From Squalus acanthias (lineage: Eukaryota), in the NCBI GenBank assembly GCA_030390025.1, contig CM059433.1:16246001-16310000 (forward strand): DNA of 64,000 nt, written 5' to 3'. The first letter of the stretch is position 1; every line of letters starts with the position of its first letter. The position numbers were made by a program, and so were the translations under genes. The notes beneath the pieces are model-generated. The model had not been told where the DNA came from. It made no database searches and was given only the letters and a program-made list of their open reading frames with translations. Shown here piece by piece: positions 25,756 to 38,576 of this stretch.

Positions 25756-27235
25756 TATAATCTTTAAAGTTCCTTGCATTCTTGTTATCATCACATGCCA
25801 ATGAGTGTGCAGCAAAAAATAATTCATACGCTGATTAATTTGGATGCTGCACATCCAAAAACTGTGCCGCATATTTTGCCCATAACCTCTACACTGTGCT
25901 CACTTTGAACCTTTATAATCTGCATGAAGATAATTCACTCGTGCAAGAAAACTATGATACCACAAAGTTTTGAAATTCATTACGTAATCCATACTGGATG
26001 TGGAGCAAATACGTTGCCTTGTATTTTAAGAGTTAGCAGTTTCATTTATTACTTTGCGCACGTAGGTGTTTTTGATCATTTAGCTGTAGAGTTAAAACTA
26101 ATAAATGCAAGCCATTTTATTAAATTTGCAACAGACCGCAGAAGTCTGGAGGAAAAAAAATGGCTGGGAAAGTAATGGTAGCATTTTTATTGATGTCACA
26201 AGGTTATATGGATCAATTCAGTATAAATAGTGGGCAAGAGAGACGCCAGTGGAATAAATCAACCATGTTTCTGGCAGGGTAATTTGGTTTCATGAATTTC
26301 AATGAATCTCAATCACTTCCTCTGCTTCTCAACAATGGTGTACTGAATTAGGTAAAACTATTTGATACTGTAAATTTCCATGTCTGAGGCTATCCATAAG
26401 AACATTTGAGGGGTTTGGAAATATGTTGTATGGTATCTTGCTTTAATTTCTCCCTTATATCTAAATGAGATGACTGCATATTGAATTGCCATTTGTTTCA
26501 TGATAATCCCATGCTTTTGTTAAACACTACAACTGGCATTCCAAAGACTTTAACAAATCTTAATTTCCTAGTCACTTGCGGGGCAGTGTTCATTTAACTG
26601 GAGTAAAATTGTTTTCAAGAAGATAAAACCTTTATTTTCCTAGTTAAGATGTTTGGCAGCTATGAAAATATGATGTTCACTGCTCAATTATTTTTAGCAC
26701 AAAAATACAACCTATTTTAAAAGCCATACATTTCATTGCTACTTTCTGATTTATAAATCAAACTCTTCTGTTTACAATTGGTCCAACATTGAAGGTGGTT
26801 CATTCTATAGTTTCTTAATGGTGAAAAAATTGTGTTCATGAGCAGAACATATACATTTTTGACTAAATGTAAACACAAGTTTTGGATTGGCAAGACCATA
26901 AAGCTATATTTATTTAAAAGAGCCAGGAGGAGCTACTGAGTCTGATAGTGTCAACCAATTAGAGCTAAAACTCCCTGGGTTAATGAGTGTATTTCAAAAG
27001 GAGTTAATTTAGCTGTATTTACTAGCAGACTCAGTAACTTCTCCAAGCCACTTCTGAGTATGCTGTTTAAAACTCATGTTGACAGAAGAAGGATAATTTG
27101 TCGATTTCTGTTACGTATATATAGATTATGACATGTTCTCCTTAATAACTTAAAATAATTTATCTATTGGGTATTAAGCGACTAGCTAGGGAAGGTAAGA
27201 AAAAGGATGAGAATATTTCTGAATCTCACTTTTAC

Positions 27236-27640
27236 TATCAACAACTTGCACTTTTATAGCATTGCTCACGGAGAGCCATCTCAGAGCACTTTACAAGGTA
27301 ATGGACAAAACAACGTGGAGAAAAGTGGGGGTAGGAAAGCGTGGTGTAAGGGAAGGATATTTAGGAGACTTTTTGAAAGCAGGTAGACAGTTCATGAGAT
27401 AGAGGTCTTGACGGAGGGAGTTCCAGAAGCTGAGGGCATAGTGACTGAAGGGACCAAGAAACGAGGGATAAACTGGCGTTGGGGAGTGCATGCAGGGATG
27501 TACAGTTGAAAGAGAGGTCGCTCAGGTAGAGTGGAGCAAGGCCAGGGAGAGACGTGGAGGTGAGGATGAGAATCTTTTCTCAGTTCACTGGGCGTAGAGA
27601 GCCAATGGAGCTTGGTGAGGGCAGGGGTGATGGCATCCTA
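27236..27640 (-). mobile_element. Old L2 3' fragment
   Basis: Tail acaacttgcacttttatagc and degenerate similarity to L2 3' regions elsewhere in the window. Confidence 0.55.
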
Positions 27641-29763
27641 TTTATCCTTTTTATAAACGTTCCCACTTGAAACTCTGCTCTTAAAGATCTGTGTACACAG
27701 TGTGAGGTCTTGGTTACTCCCAGCAGTTCTAATACTCATCCCTTTCAGACTTCTTTTCAATCATTAGCGATGGAATACTTTACCAAGGTTTTGATGAAGG
27801 GTCCACACCTAAATGTTGATCGTTATTTAGGGTGTGCTATACTAGGTATAGTTAAGAGGTACTTAAATACAACACTGTTTTTTGGAAATCTCTCCCTGAT
27901 TCTTAGGCTGCCTCTGTTAGCTGTTTTCACAGTGACTGTAGCCATTATTAAGAGAATACATAGTTGTACTATTTCACTAAATTGGAAAACTCTATCTTTG
28001 CAACATTCAAGTGGGTATGTGCTGCAGGAATGGGACTTGTTCAAATTATAAGGAGGAGTATAAACCAACAAATTAGACAATTTCCCCTGCAAAGAACATG
28101 TGGCGGAGGGTTTTACTGACTTAAGTGACTGGTAGAAGAAAGTTTGAAGCCACAGATCGAATATGGATAGCAAGAAAGGTGTACACAGAATTGGGCTGAC
28201 GTTTCTAATCCATAGGGTAACTTGTAATTTTTTATACACCTACAATCCAAACATAAATGATAGCAACAATGGTTACTGAATTATGTCACGGATATTTCCA
28301 GCCATGCTTCTCAAAATGTTAGAATTCTTAACTGATACACATATAGGGCTGAATTTCCAGCCCTTGCATATGACGGAAATGGGGCAATAGCACCCCGAAA
28401 ATGGTGAGCAATGACCTACCACCCTGTTGCCACTGTCACTGTGGCCGTGACAATGTTTACTGGGGCTTACCGCTGGGCGACCAGAGCGACCCTTGGAGTC
28501 AGATGATAGGCCCAGTTAAAATGGAAATCGGGCACCTATGATGTCTGCTTCTTTCTCCCTTCCAAACATCAGGGCTTTCCCCCCCCACCCCCGAATGAAC
28601 CTACGTTCTTCAGCCAAGCCACCTGATATTGTGGCGGCCCGGAGCTGACTGGCTGCCCCGCAGCACTCGAACTCCGGCCACATCCAGCTGTCCCAATGTA
28701 AGTGAGGCCTAGCCCTAAATATAGACCAGGCCTTGATGGTCTAGTACTGTACTTAGTTGATGTGAAATAACTCTTGACACACAACACCTGATAGCAACCT
28801 ATGAATCTAATATGTAAAACAAATTATTAGATGAGTTCAAAGTATGTATCTCAGACATTTTTTTTACTTTTTAAATGGATTTAAATGCATACTGGAGCTA
28901 ACTGGACTTATTTGAACAATCTCACAATTTGACCTCTGTCAAATCATGGGCACCATAATCCCTTTGTTTATACTTTTTAGCTCATTTGATCTTTAAAACT
29001 TGCTTCACTGCAACTTTTTCTTTCCTGTGGACTTTTTCTTAATTGTGTAATTATAGTAGAAATGTGGTCTTTTTATTAAATGTGCAAAGCTGTCTAATTT
29101 GGAGAGTTAGCATTACATTATTCATTCTGGGCAAAAATGAAGTAACCTTTCAGTTATTCACACATGATTGATTGCCATTGTCAGTTTGAAAGCCAGTGGC
29201 AAGATTACCTTATTGGGTCAGCATTTTAGCTTGACTGAAAAAAGTGACGTGGATGTTAGTATTTTGCACAAAATGACAGTGGCAAAGGAGCTGTAAATTT
29301 AATACGTGGTCCAACTCTACAAAATTAAAAAGAAAAAAAAAATCAATAGATTCTCCGTCATTGAACACAGTAGATGACTCATCTTTTACTCCATTAATTC
29401 TTCAGGAGCTTCTTTGTACAGTTGCTAAATATAGCGCAGCTAATACACTGTCACAGCATTTCTATGACTAACAGACAAGTCAGTTTGAGCATTGATATAT
29501 ACTTTGTATTGAATGTATTGATTTTCATTGAATACCCCTGCTTTCCCAATTGTGTACACTTAATCTTGGGGATAACTGTGAAAAATGAAAATGTCCTTGC
29601 TTTAAGTGAAATGAAAGCAAATAGGGGTGCTGTTAAAAGCAGTGTTGCAGGTATATTTTTCCCAAAGTTCCCACATGCTCCAAATGAATTATATTATGTA
29701 ATAAAATACATTATTCATTTACTGCACTAAAGTACTCTATATGCTGCACTAAAGTACCCTATA

Positions 29764-31013
29764 AAGTCATAGTCATAGAGTCATAACGGCACAGAAGGAA
29801 GCCATTCTGCCCATCGGGTCCGTGCCAGCTCTCTGTAGAGCAATCCATTCAGTCCCATTCCCCCGCTCTATCCCCGTAGCCCTGCAAGTTTATTTCCCTC
29901 AAGTGCCTATCCAGTCTCCCCTTGAAACCATTGAGTGTCTCCGCTTCCACCACTTCCGTCGGCAGCGAATTCCAGGTCATCACCACTTGCTGCATAAAAA
30001 AGTTTTTCCTCACATCCCCCCTGTATCTCTTGCCCAAAACCTTAAATCTATGTACCCTAGTCCTTGTACCATCAACTAGTGGGAACAGACTTTCCCTGTC
30101 TAGCCTATCCAAACCCGTCATAATCTTGTACACCTCTATCAAATCACCCCTCAACCTCCTTTGCTCTAATGAAAACAAATCCAACTTCTCCAACCTGTCC
30201 TTGTAGCTAAGATCCCCCATCCCCAGAACCATTCTGGTAAATCTCCTCTGCACCCACTCAAGGGCCTTCACATCCTTCCTAAAGTGTGGTGACCAGAACT
30301 GGACGCAATACTCCAGTTGTGGCCTAACCAACACTTTATAAAGGTTCAGCATAACTTCTCTACTTTTGTACTCAATACCTCTATTTATGAAGCCCAAGAT
30401 CCCATATACTTTGCTAGCCACTCTCTCAATATGTCCTGCCACCTTCAGGGACCTATGCACATTAACTCCCAGGTCCCTCTGTCCCTGCACACTCTTTCAA
30501 ACTGTGCCATTAAGTGTATATTGCCTCTCCCTGTTCCTTCTGCCAAAATGCATCACCTCACACTTCTCTGTATTAAATTCCATCTGCTACTGTCTGCCCA
30601 TGCTGCTAGCCTTTCTATGTCCTGTTGCAGTCGACTGGTATCATCATCACTGTTTGCCACCCCCCCAAGTTTGGTGTCATTGGCAGATTTAGAAATTCTG
30701 CTCTTTGTATTCCAATATCCAGTTCATTTTAAAAGCAGTGGCCCCAGCACTGACCCTTGGGGAACACCACTGTCTACCATCCTGCAGTCTGAAAAACAGC
30801 CATTACCACAACTCGCTGTTTTCTGTCCTTAAGCCAATTCCTTATCCAAGCTGCCATTGATCCACCTATTCCATGAGCCTCAATTTTGTTAACCAGCCTT
30901 CTATGTGGTACTTTGTCAAACACCTTCCGAAAATCCGTGTAGACAACATCCATTGCATTCCCTTCATCAATCCTCTCTGTCACTTCATCAAATAATTCAA
31001 TTAGATTAGTGTT
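29764..31013 (-). mobile_element. 5'-truncated CR1 LINE
   Basis: ORFs 29849..30490 and 30774..31016 with RT and C-terminal motifs. Same subfamily as 62681-63648. Confidence 0.92.
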
Positions 31014-31616
31014 CATGGAATAAATTTGAAAAATAAAATTGATACTGAATTAAATTTATTTTAATCTACAATTTTACCATGAAGGACCAGGAAATTAGTG
31101 AGTTTTTTCCATCATTGCCTGACCTTTTGTTCTTTTCACTTTCCAATTAATTATGTTACTTGTTTATGCTTTTCAATTTTATGCTCCTCTTTTTGCTTTC
31201 AATCTGTAGCCTTTCCATCCTCTTATTACTCAGCATTTTTTTAACTATGCTCCTCAATCTATAGGAGCCTGCAACCTCTGACGGCTTATTCAATCCTCTT
31301 TCTAATTCACCCAACTTTCACATATAATTGGCAAAGGCCTTCAATCAGTCGGGACGAAATGACTGAGGAACACATGTCCCTTTTAACTATTCATACTTTC
31401 ACTGGAATAATAGGATGACCATATTTTCTAAACCGAATCCGGGGACAGAGGAAGGGAGCACAGCAAAGTAGCCAGGACAGAAAATGTAGGTTGCGTAGCG
31501 CAGCAAGGCAATTTTTTTTTAATAGCCTATGTTTTATCAGTTGCGCATATACACTACTAATGCAAAACAAATGAGCATATAATTACTGTGGATGTGACGT
31601 CACACTTTGAAGCACA

Positions 31617-32185
31617 TTCAGACACCTGACCCCTCTCTCTTTTTCTCTCCCCCCCCCCCCCCCCCCCGCCCCGTGACCAAGGTCACATCTGACCCCGACC
31701 CCCCCCCCCCCGCGCCTGAACCCTCACCCCCGTGACTGAGGTCACAACTGAACACCCCCCCACCCCCCAGTGACGAGGTTACACCTGACCCCCCCCACCC
31801 CCACCCCCGAGACTTGAGGTAACGCCTGAAATCCCCCCCCCCACCCAAGTGACTGAGGTCACACCTGACCCCTCCCCCCCCCCCCCCCCCCCAGTGACTA
31901 AGGTCACACTTGACCCCTCTCTATTTTCTCCCCCCACCCGTCACTGAGATCACACCTGACGCCCACCCCCAGTGACCAAGATTACACCTGACCCCTCTCT
32001 CTTCCCCCCCCCCCCCCCCCCCCCCCACCTGTGACCGAGGTTACACCTGGCTCCTCCCCCTAGTGACTGAGGTCACACCTGACTCCTACCCCCCAGTGAC
32101 TGAGGTCACACCTGACTCCTACCCCCCAGTGACTGAGGTCACTCCTGACTCCCCCCCTCCCCCCGTGACGGAGGTCACACCTGAC
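31617..32185. repeat. Minisatellite: about 13 copies of GTGACTGAGGTCACACCTGAC separated by variable C-rich tracts
   Basis: Copies counted by eye, e.g. at 31672, 31731, 31848, 31893, 32062, 32095, 32128 and 32164. Confidence 0.9.
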
Positions 32186-32480
32186 CAATGTTCCTGCTTT
32201 TATGCTTAAAATTTAATACCCACAATATGAATATAAATGGCTCTGCTTCATTTTTGTTTCCTTGCCAGCTTTATTACATGCATTTCTTTTAACATGCAGT
32301 TGTCACCGATAGAACAGTCAACAGTGTAGCTACAAATGTGTTAAGAAATCAATGATTACCCTCGGTTTTCACTACTAATGCCATTTTCTGTTCTCAGGAG
32401 TTATGATGAAGCAGCAGCATATTCTTTGGTGACATATTAGGCAGTTGCATCAATTAAATCCCTTTTAACTGTTATTATAG

Positions 32481-32593
32481 GTATCTGATTTGGTGATAAT
32501 CCTGAATCACGAGCGTGCAGTTCAGGCTTTTGCAAAAGGGGGAAATCTCACACTAGGCGGAAATTTTACTGTTGCAGTTGGACCCATTGGCAG
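32481..32593 (+). CDS. SH3YL1: SH3YL1 internal coding exon: VSDLVIILNHERAVQAFAKGGNLTLGGNFTVAVGPIG(R)
   Basis: ttattatAG acceptor, AG|GTAAGT donor, 113 nt. Continues the previous exon in frame. Confidence 0.95.
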
Positions 32594-33163
32594 GTAAGTT
32601 ATTGTATATTTTGTTGCTATTTGCTGAATAGTTTAATACTCTTTTGTCACTGAAATGCTAACTGTTGCAGATGGTGTCGTAACAATGTCGTCCCTTGATT
32701 TCTTTCTTTATGAAGCTCTTGTAAATCTTGAGTTACTAAATTGTGTTTATTTTACCTAATTACTGACAAACAACAAAAGTCATCTCTCAGTTAGGTGATG
32801 GATTTAAATGGAAGGAAAGTCTGAGGGGAGTACTTTCTGTTCAAACGACAGTGTCTACCAAACAATAATGTAGTAACTTACATATTGGTTACCTAGCGGA
32901 ATATATAGTCACATTACTTACCTAGGGCTCGATCTCGAGCCCCGCAGTCCTGGAAAGCAGCTTACTGGCTGAATATGCAGCAATACTCAGCTAGTAAATG
33001 CGTGAAAGTGCTGACCCGTCTTAAATAAACCACTCCGCGATGCTTACAACCGCATTCAGTAACTGGTAGTCCTGAACTCGCAGCTTTCTCTAGTTTCTCT
33101 CCGAGCTCCCCTTATGCCCTCTCCGAGCTCATCTTGTCCATGAGACCCACTTCCTGCTCCCCC

Positions 33164-33463
33164 GGCATAGTGGTTAGCACTGTTGCCTCACAGCGCCAGG
33201 GACCCGGGTTCGAATCCGGCCACGGGTGACTGTCTGTGTGGAGTTTGCACATTCTCCCCGTGTCTGCGTGGGTTTCCTCCGGGTGCTCCGGTTTCCTCTC
33301 ACAGTCCAAAGATGTGCGGGGTTAGGTTGATTTGGCTATGATAAATTGACCCTTAGTGTTAGGGGGATTAAATACGTGGGGTTACGGGGATAGGGTGGGA
33401 TATGTGTCGGTGCAGGCTCGATGGGCCGAAATGGCCTCTATCTGCACTGTGGGGATTCTGTGA
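33164..33463 (+). mobile_element. tRNA-derived V-SINE (HE1-like)
   Basis: A box (tagtggttagc), B box (ggttcgaatcc), V-domain tgtgtggagtttgcacattctccccgtgtctgcgtgggtttcctccggg, and a CR1-like tail. Confidence 0.85.
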
Positions 33464-34235
33464 ACCCTATTCCTACTAAACTGCTGACCACCCAACTTCC
33501 CTTCCTGGCCCCCATGTTAGCTGATATCGTCAACGGTTCCCTCTCCTCAGGTAGTGTCCCTCTCCCCTTCAAATCTGCTGTCATCACCCCTCTCCTTAAA
33601 AATCCCACCCTTGACCCCTCTGTCCTTGCAAATTACCATCCCATCTCCAACCTCGCTTTCCCCTCAACTCCTTGAATGTATTGTCGCCTCCCAAATCTGT
33701 GCCCATCTTTCCCAGAACTCCATGTTTGAATCCCTCCAATCAAGTTTCTGCCCCTGCCACAGTACCGAAATGGCTCTTACCAAAGTCACAAATTACATCC
33801 TATGTGACTGTGACAAAGGTAAACTATTCCTTCTCGACCTACCTGTATCCTTTGACACGGTTGACCACACCATCCTCCTCCAACGCCTCTCCTCTGCTGT
33901 CCAGCTGGGTGGGATTGCACTCACCTGGTTCCATTCTTATCTATCCAGTCATAGCCAGAGAATCACCTGCAATGGCTTCTCTTCCCACTCCCGCACCGTT
34001 ACCTCTGGTGTCCCCCAAGGCCCTTCCTATTTCTCATCTACATGCTGCACCTCGGTGACATCATCCGAAAACACCACGTCCGGTTCCACCTGTACACTGA
34101 CGACACCCAGCTCTACCTCACCACCACCTCTCGCGACCCTCCACTGTCTCTAAATTGTCAGACAGCTTGTCCGACATCCAGTACTGGATGAGCAAAAATT
34201 TCCACCAACTAAATATTGGGAAGACTGAAGCCATT

Positions 34236-35185
34236 GGGCTGGATTTTCATTGACCTGTGGTGAGGGGTTAAAATTGCGAAAACTGGCGGGCGGGCACAAG
34301 TCCGCCTCCATCCCGCCTCCACGCAATTTTCATTAAATCGTGTCTGCTGGTCCCGACTCCGTCCCGCCTTTAAGAGGCGGGATAGGCTATTAAGGCCCTT
34401 AACATGTGTCCAAAAAATGTGCGGGTTAGGTTGATTTGGCTATGATAAATTGACCCTTAGTGTTAGGGGGGATTAAATATGTGGGGTTATGGGGATAGGA
34501 TGGGATATGTTAGGGGGAATTAAATACGTGGGGTTACGGGGGTCGGGTGGGATATGTGTACTGTGGGGATTAAAGCAGGGACAGGGTACTGGATTTGAAT
34601 GATCAGCCATGATCGTATTGAATGGTGGTGCAGGCTCGACGGGCCGAATGGCCTACTCCTGCTCCTAGATTCTATGTTTCTATGTTTCTATGTAACAAGC
34701 ACTAAATTGGCTCTATAATGCCATTTTGAAAGGCCTTTGTGATTTTAACCCTTGTTCTACGTGAAGCACGCCTGTTCTGAACCACGAATGTGAAACCTGG
34801 CGGTAACACATTTGGAAAGCTGACTATCAGCTGCAGGTCGACTATTACAACGGAGTAGTAGTAGTAGGAAAAATATCTGGGAGCAGACGTAGGGGTGCTG
34901 CTGCTCATTTTGCCTTCAGGTGCTCTCGCTCTCGCTGCTGCTGCTCATTTTGCCTTCAGGTGCTCTCACAGCAAAGGCCAGGCAGTCTCTGAAGACCTTC
35001 AATGCAGCAGTAATGATGACATCATCAGAGGCGACTTTCAGACTGAAAACACTAATTGGTGCATCGGTTCCCACATGCTGGAACTCAACTGCCCAATTAG
35101 GTGAAAATCGCATCAATCTCCCACATCCAATTGCAGTCGGGTGGATGACACGACCCCAACCCGCCCCAGTATCAAAATCCAGCCC
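34236..35185. mobile_element. PIF/Harbinger-like MITE containing HE1 and CR1 3' fragments (about 34408-34692)
   Basis: TIRs gggctggatttt/aaaatccagccc and 3-bp TSD ATT interrupting the host L2. Confidence 0.8.
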
Positions 35186-35426
35186 ATTGTCTTCGGTCCC
35201 CACCACCAACTTCATTCCCTAGCCACCGACTCCATCCGTCTCCTGGCATTGTCTGAAGCTAAACCAGACCGTTCACAACCTTGGTGTCATATTTGACCCC
35301 GAGATGACCATCCAATCACATATCCGTGTATTAACTAAGACTGCCTATTTCCACCTCAAACATTTCCCAATTCTGTCCCTGGCTCAGCTCATCTGCTGCT
35401 GAGACCCTCATCCATGCCTTTGTTAC

Positions 35427-36488
35427 AACAACAACAGCAACTTGTATTTATATAGCGCCTTTAACGTAGTAAAACGTCCCAAGGCGCTGCGCAGGAGTAT
35501 TAAAAGACAAAAAATTTGACACCAAGCAACATAAGGAGAAATTAGGGCAGGTGACCAGAAGCTTGGTCAAAGGGGTAGGTTTTAAGGAGCGTCTTAAAGG
35601 AGGAAAGAGAGGTAGCGAGGCAGAGAGGTTTAGGGAGGGAATTCCAGAGCTTAGGGCCTAGACAACAGAAGGCACGGCCACCAATGGTTGAGCGATTATA
35701 ATCTCGGCTGCTCAAGAGGGCAGAATTAGAGGAGCGCAGATATCTTGGGGGGCGGCGGGTGGGTTGTGGGACTGAAAGACATTACAGAGATAGGGAGGGG
35801 CGAGGGAGGCCATGGAGGGATTTGAAAACAAGGATGAGAATTTTGAAATCGAGGTGCTGCATATCCGGGAGCCAGTGTAGGTTAGCGAGCACAGGGGTGA
35901 TGGGCGAACGGGTCTTGGTGCGAGTTAGGACACAGGCAGCCGAGTTTTGGATGACCTCAGGTTTACGGAGGGTAGAATGTGGGAGGCCAGCCAGGAGTGC
36001 GTTGGAATAGTCAAGTCTAGAGGTAGCAAAAGCATGGATGAGGGTTTCAGCAGCGCATGAGCTGAGACAAGGGCGGAGACGGGCGATGTTACGGAGGTGG
36101 AAATAGGCGGTCTTAGTTATGCTGCGGATATGTGGTCGGAAGCTCATTTCAGGGTCAGATATGACACCAAGGTTGCGAACAGTGTGGTTCAGCCTCAGAC
36201 AGATGTTAGGGAGAGGGATGGAGTCAGTGACTAGGGAACGGAGTTTGTGGCGGGGACCAAAAACAATGACTTCGGTCTTCCCAATATTTCATTGGAGAAA
36301 ATTTCTGCTCATCCAGAACTGTATGTCGGACAAGCAGTCTGACAATTTAGAGACCGTGGAGGGGTCGAGAGAAGTGGTAGTGAGGTAGAGCTGGGTGTCG
36401 TCAGCGTACACGTGCAAACTGACGCTGTGTTTTCGGATGATGTTGCCAAGGGGCAACATGTAGATGAGAAATAGGAGGAGGCCAAGGA
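35427..36488 (-). mobile_element. Second L2 inserted antisense inside the first L2
   Basis: Minus ORFs (VYADDTQLY; KTAYFHLRNIARLR), (TTG)n tail, and short TAC duplication at the junctions. Confidence 0.88.
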
Positions 36489-37924
36489 TACCTCTAGACT
36501 TGACTATTCCAATGCTCTGCTGGCAGGCCTCCCATCTTCCACCCTCCATAAACTTAAGCTCGTCGAAAAACTCTGCTGCCTGTATCCTAACTCGCACCAA
36601 GTCCCGTTCATCCATCGCCCCTGTGCTCGCTGATCTACATTGGCTCCCGGTTAAGCAACGCCTCAATTTCAAAAATTCTCTTCTTTGTTTTCAAATCCCT
36701 CCATGGCCCTATCTCTGTAACTTCCTACAACCCTTGAGATATCTGCGCTCCTCCAATTCTGGCCTCTTGTGCATCCCCGACTTTAATCGCTCCATCATTG
36801 GCGGCCGTGCCTTCAGCTGCCGAGGCCCTAAGCTCTGACATTCCCTCCCTAAACCTCTCCCCCTGTCTATCCCTCTTTCCTACTTTAAGATGCTCCTTAA
36901 AACCTACCTCTTTGACCAAGCTAATATCCCCTTATAGCTCAGATAACGCTCCTGTGAAGCGCCATGGACGTTTTACTACGTTAAAGGTGCTATATAAATG
37001 CAATTTGTTGTTGATAGCACCAGAGTGTCCGAGGGACAAAATCGTGGGTCTCCATCAGGCAAGATGTTTGATCTACTTATCGACTGTCAAAAATTTTGAC
37101 CAGAGCATTTTAAAACGAGCATCCTGAATGATTGCTAATTATTGTAAGAAACAGTTAGATGTTTTGTTGTAATATGACATCAAAAACTATCGCAAAAATA
37201 CTTCCCTGTGCTTGTTTCGAAAACTAATTTTTGCAATAGATTCCCTACTAGTCTATTTCTGCATTTATCTGGTGCAAGGGTGTATTTCAGTAACTTATTT
37301 AGTGTGAAATTCTGAAAAGTTTTTAAACTGAAGTAAATTGTGACGGTTAGTTTTTTGGACAAATGCAGCTTTCGTTTTTCTTAAACTCTCCTTCTATTTT
37401 CCAACACTTATTAATAACTTGGTTTGTGTCTGATCTGTGATCAGTAATTCAGGACTTCCTACTGCATTGTGGTGTATGTATCTGCAGTTGATATTTGTTG
37501 ATTCTGGACATGTCGATTGATGTCAAAATTGTATCTCCGAGAACGCTGCATTCGGAAACTCAGCTTTAGAATGATATTGTAGACTTGCGTTGACTATTAC
37601 ACATCTTTGGTATAACCATAGCAAATTCAAATTTACTTGAAGTTAGATTCCATTTAGTATCCATGGTAAAAATTACAACGTGTTCCTGCTTAGATATAAT
37701 GCATTAAGCCTATATTGATAAAGTCCAAGTTGGACTTGGTGCCAAATTTGCTGTTGTGCTTAAATCATCACGGCAATACCTACCTAAATTTCTGTTCTTA
37801 TACTGGCTAGAAATAGCACAGTGTCCAAACCATACTATGTCAGGTGTGCACTTATTGAGGAGTATGTACAATCCTCCTGGTACTGTAAGCTTTTTTCTGG
37901 TAAGTAGAAGTAAGTGTGTGCATA

Positions 37925-38093
37925 ATAAAAACAGAAAATGCTGGAAATACTCAGCATGGTTCTGACAAAGGGTCATCGACCTGAAACGTTAACTCTGTTT
38001 CTCTCTCTACAGATGCTGCCTGACCTGCTGAGTATTTCCAGCATTTTCTGTTTTTATTTCAGATTTCCAGCATCCGCAGTATTTTGCTTTTGT
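37925..38093 (+). mobile_element. Short Penelope-like terminal insertion (family B) with 33-bp inverted repeat and hammerhead-like motif (37958-37994)
   Basis: IR 37924-37956 / 38026-38058. Homologous to 49407-49506, which lies downstream of a GIY-YIG ORF. Imperfect TSD aagtgtgtg(c/t)ata. Confidence 0.75.
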
Positions 38094-38576
38094 AGAAGTG
38101 TGTGTATATGTGTGGATAAAGCAGGCTGCACTCACTGGTCTTTTTTCTCCAAAATTCTTCACGCTCAAGCTTGTGTGCCACTGTGCGCTTGCGAACTTGT
38201 GAGTACAATACCATAGCACCACCACAATTCAGTTTACAAAACAGATTTCTGAGGAATTTGACACGTTTGGATAATTATACAGCATCTTCCAGTATAGAGC
38301 CATTTATATTTTTTTCAAACATGGAAAATTAATATGGACTCTCTTACCCAATACCAAAGAGTCTCTCTTTCAAAACCATGGTTCAGTTTGGGTATTCAGC
38401 TTGGACTAGCACCTGCTGTGGCTCTGTTCTTCTGTTGGTCAGTGTCATGCTTCTGGATTTTTCCTCAAAGGATCTACATATAAATTACTTTAAAATGCAT
38501 TTTTACTTTTAAAGCTTCCTTTTAAAGGGGTTAAATTTGTGACCTACCTGACCTCATTTGATTGGGTCCCTAAGGC

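Larger units (their letters stand above)
33085..37013 (+). mobile_element. L2 LINE hosting nested insertions (own parts about 33085-33163, 33464-34235, 35186-35426, 36489-37013)
   Basis: RT motifs (FDTVDHTILLQRL, SGVPQG) and L2 tail gtgctatataaatgcaatttgttgttg. The parts rejoin cleanly across the inserts. Confidence 0.85.

Noticed and set aside
27787..27820. Additional hammerhead (ttgatgaagggtccacacctaaatgtt)
   Set aside because: Probably an old PLE remnant, but both cores are broken.
31617..32185. CRISPR-like repeat-spacer appearance
   Set aside because: The spacers are low-complexity C tracts of irregular length, there are no cas genes, and the context is a vertebrate intron.
32925..32942. 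Palindrome gggctcga-tc-tcgagccc
   Set aside because: Isolated and short, with no partner terminus or second copy seen.
33164..33230. tRNA gene
   Set aside because: The A/B boxes belong to a SINE head and run directly into the V-domain; there is no complete cloverleaf.
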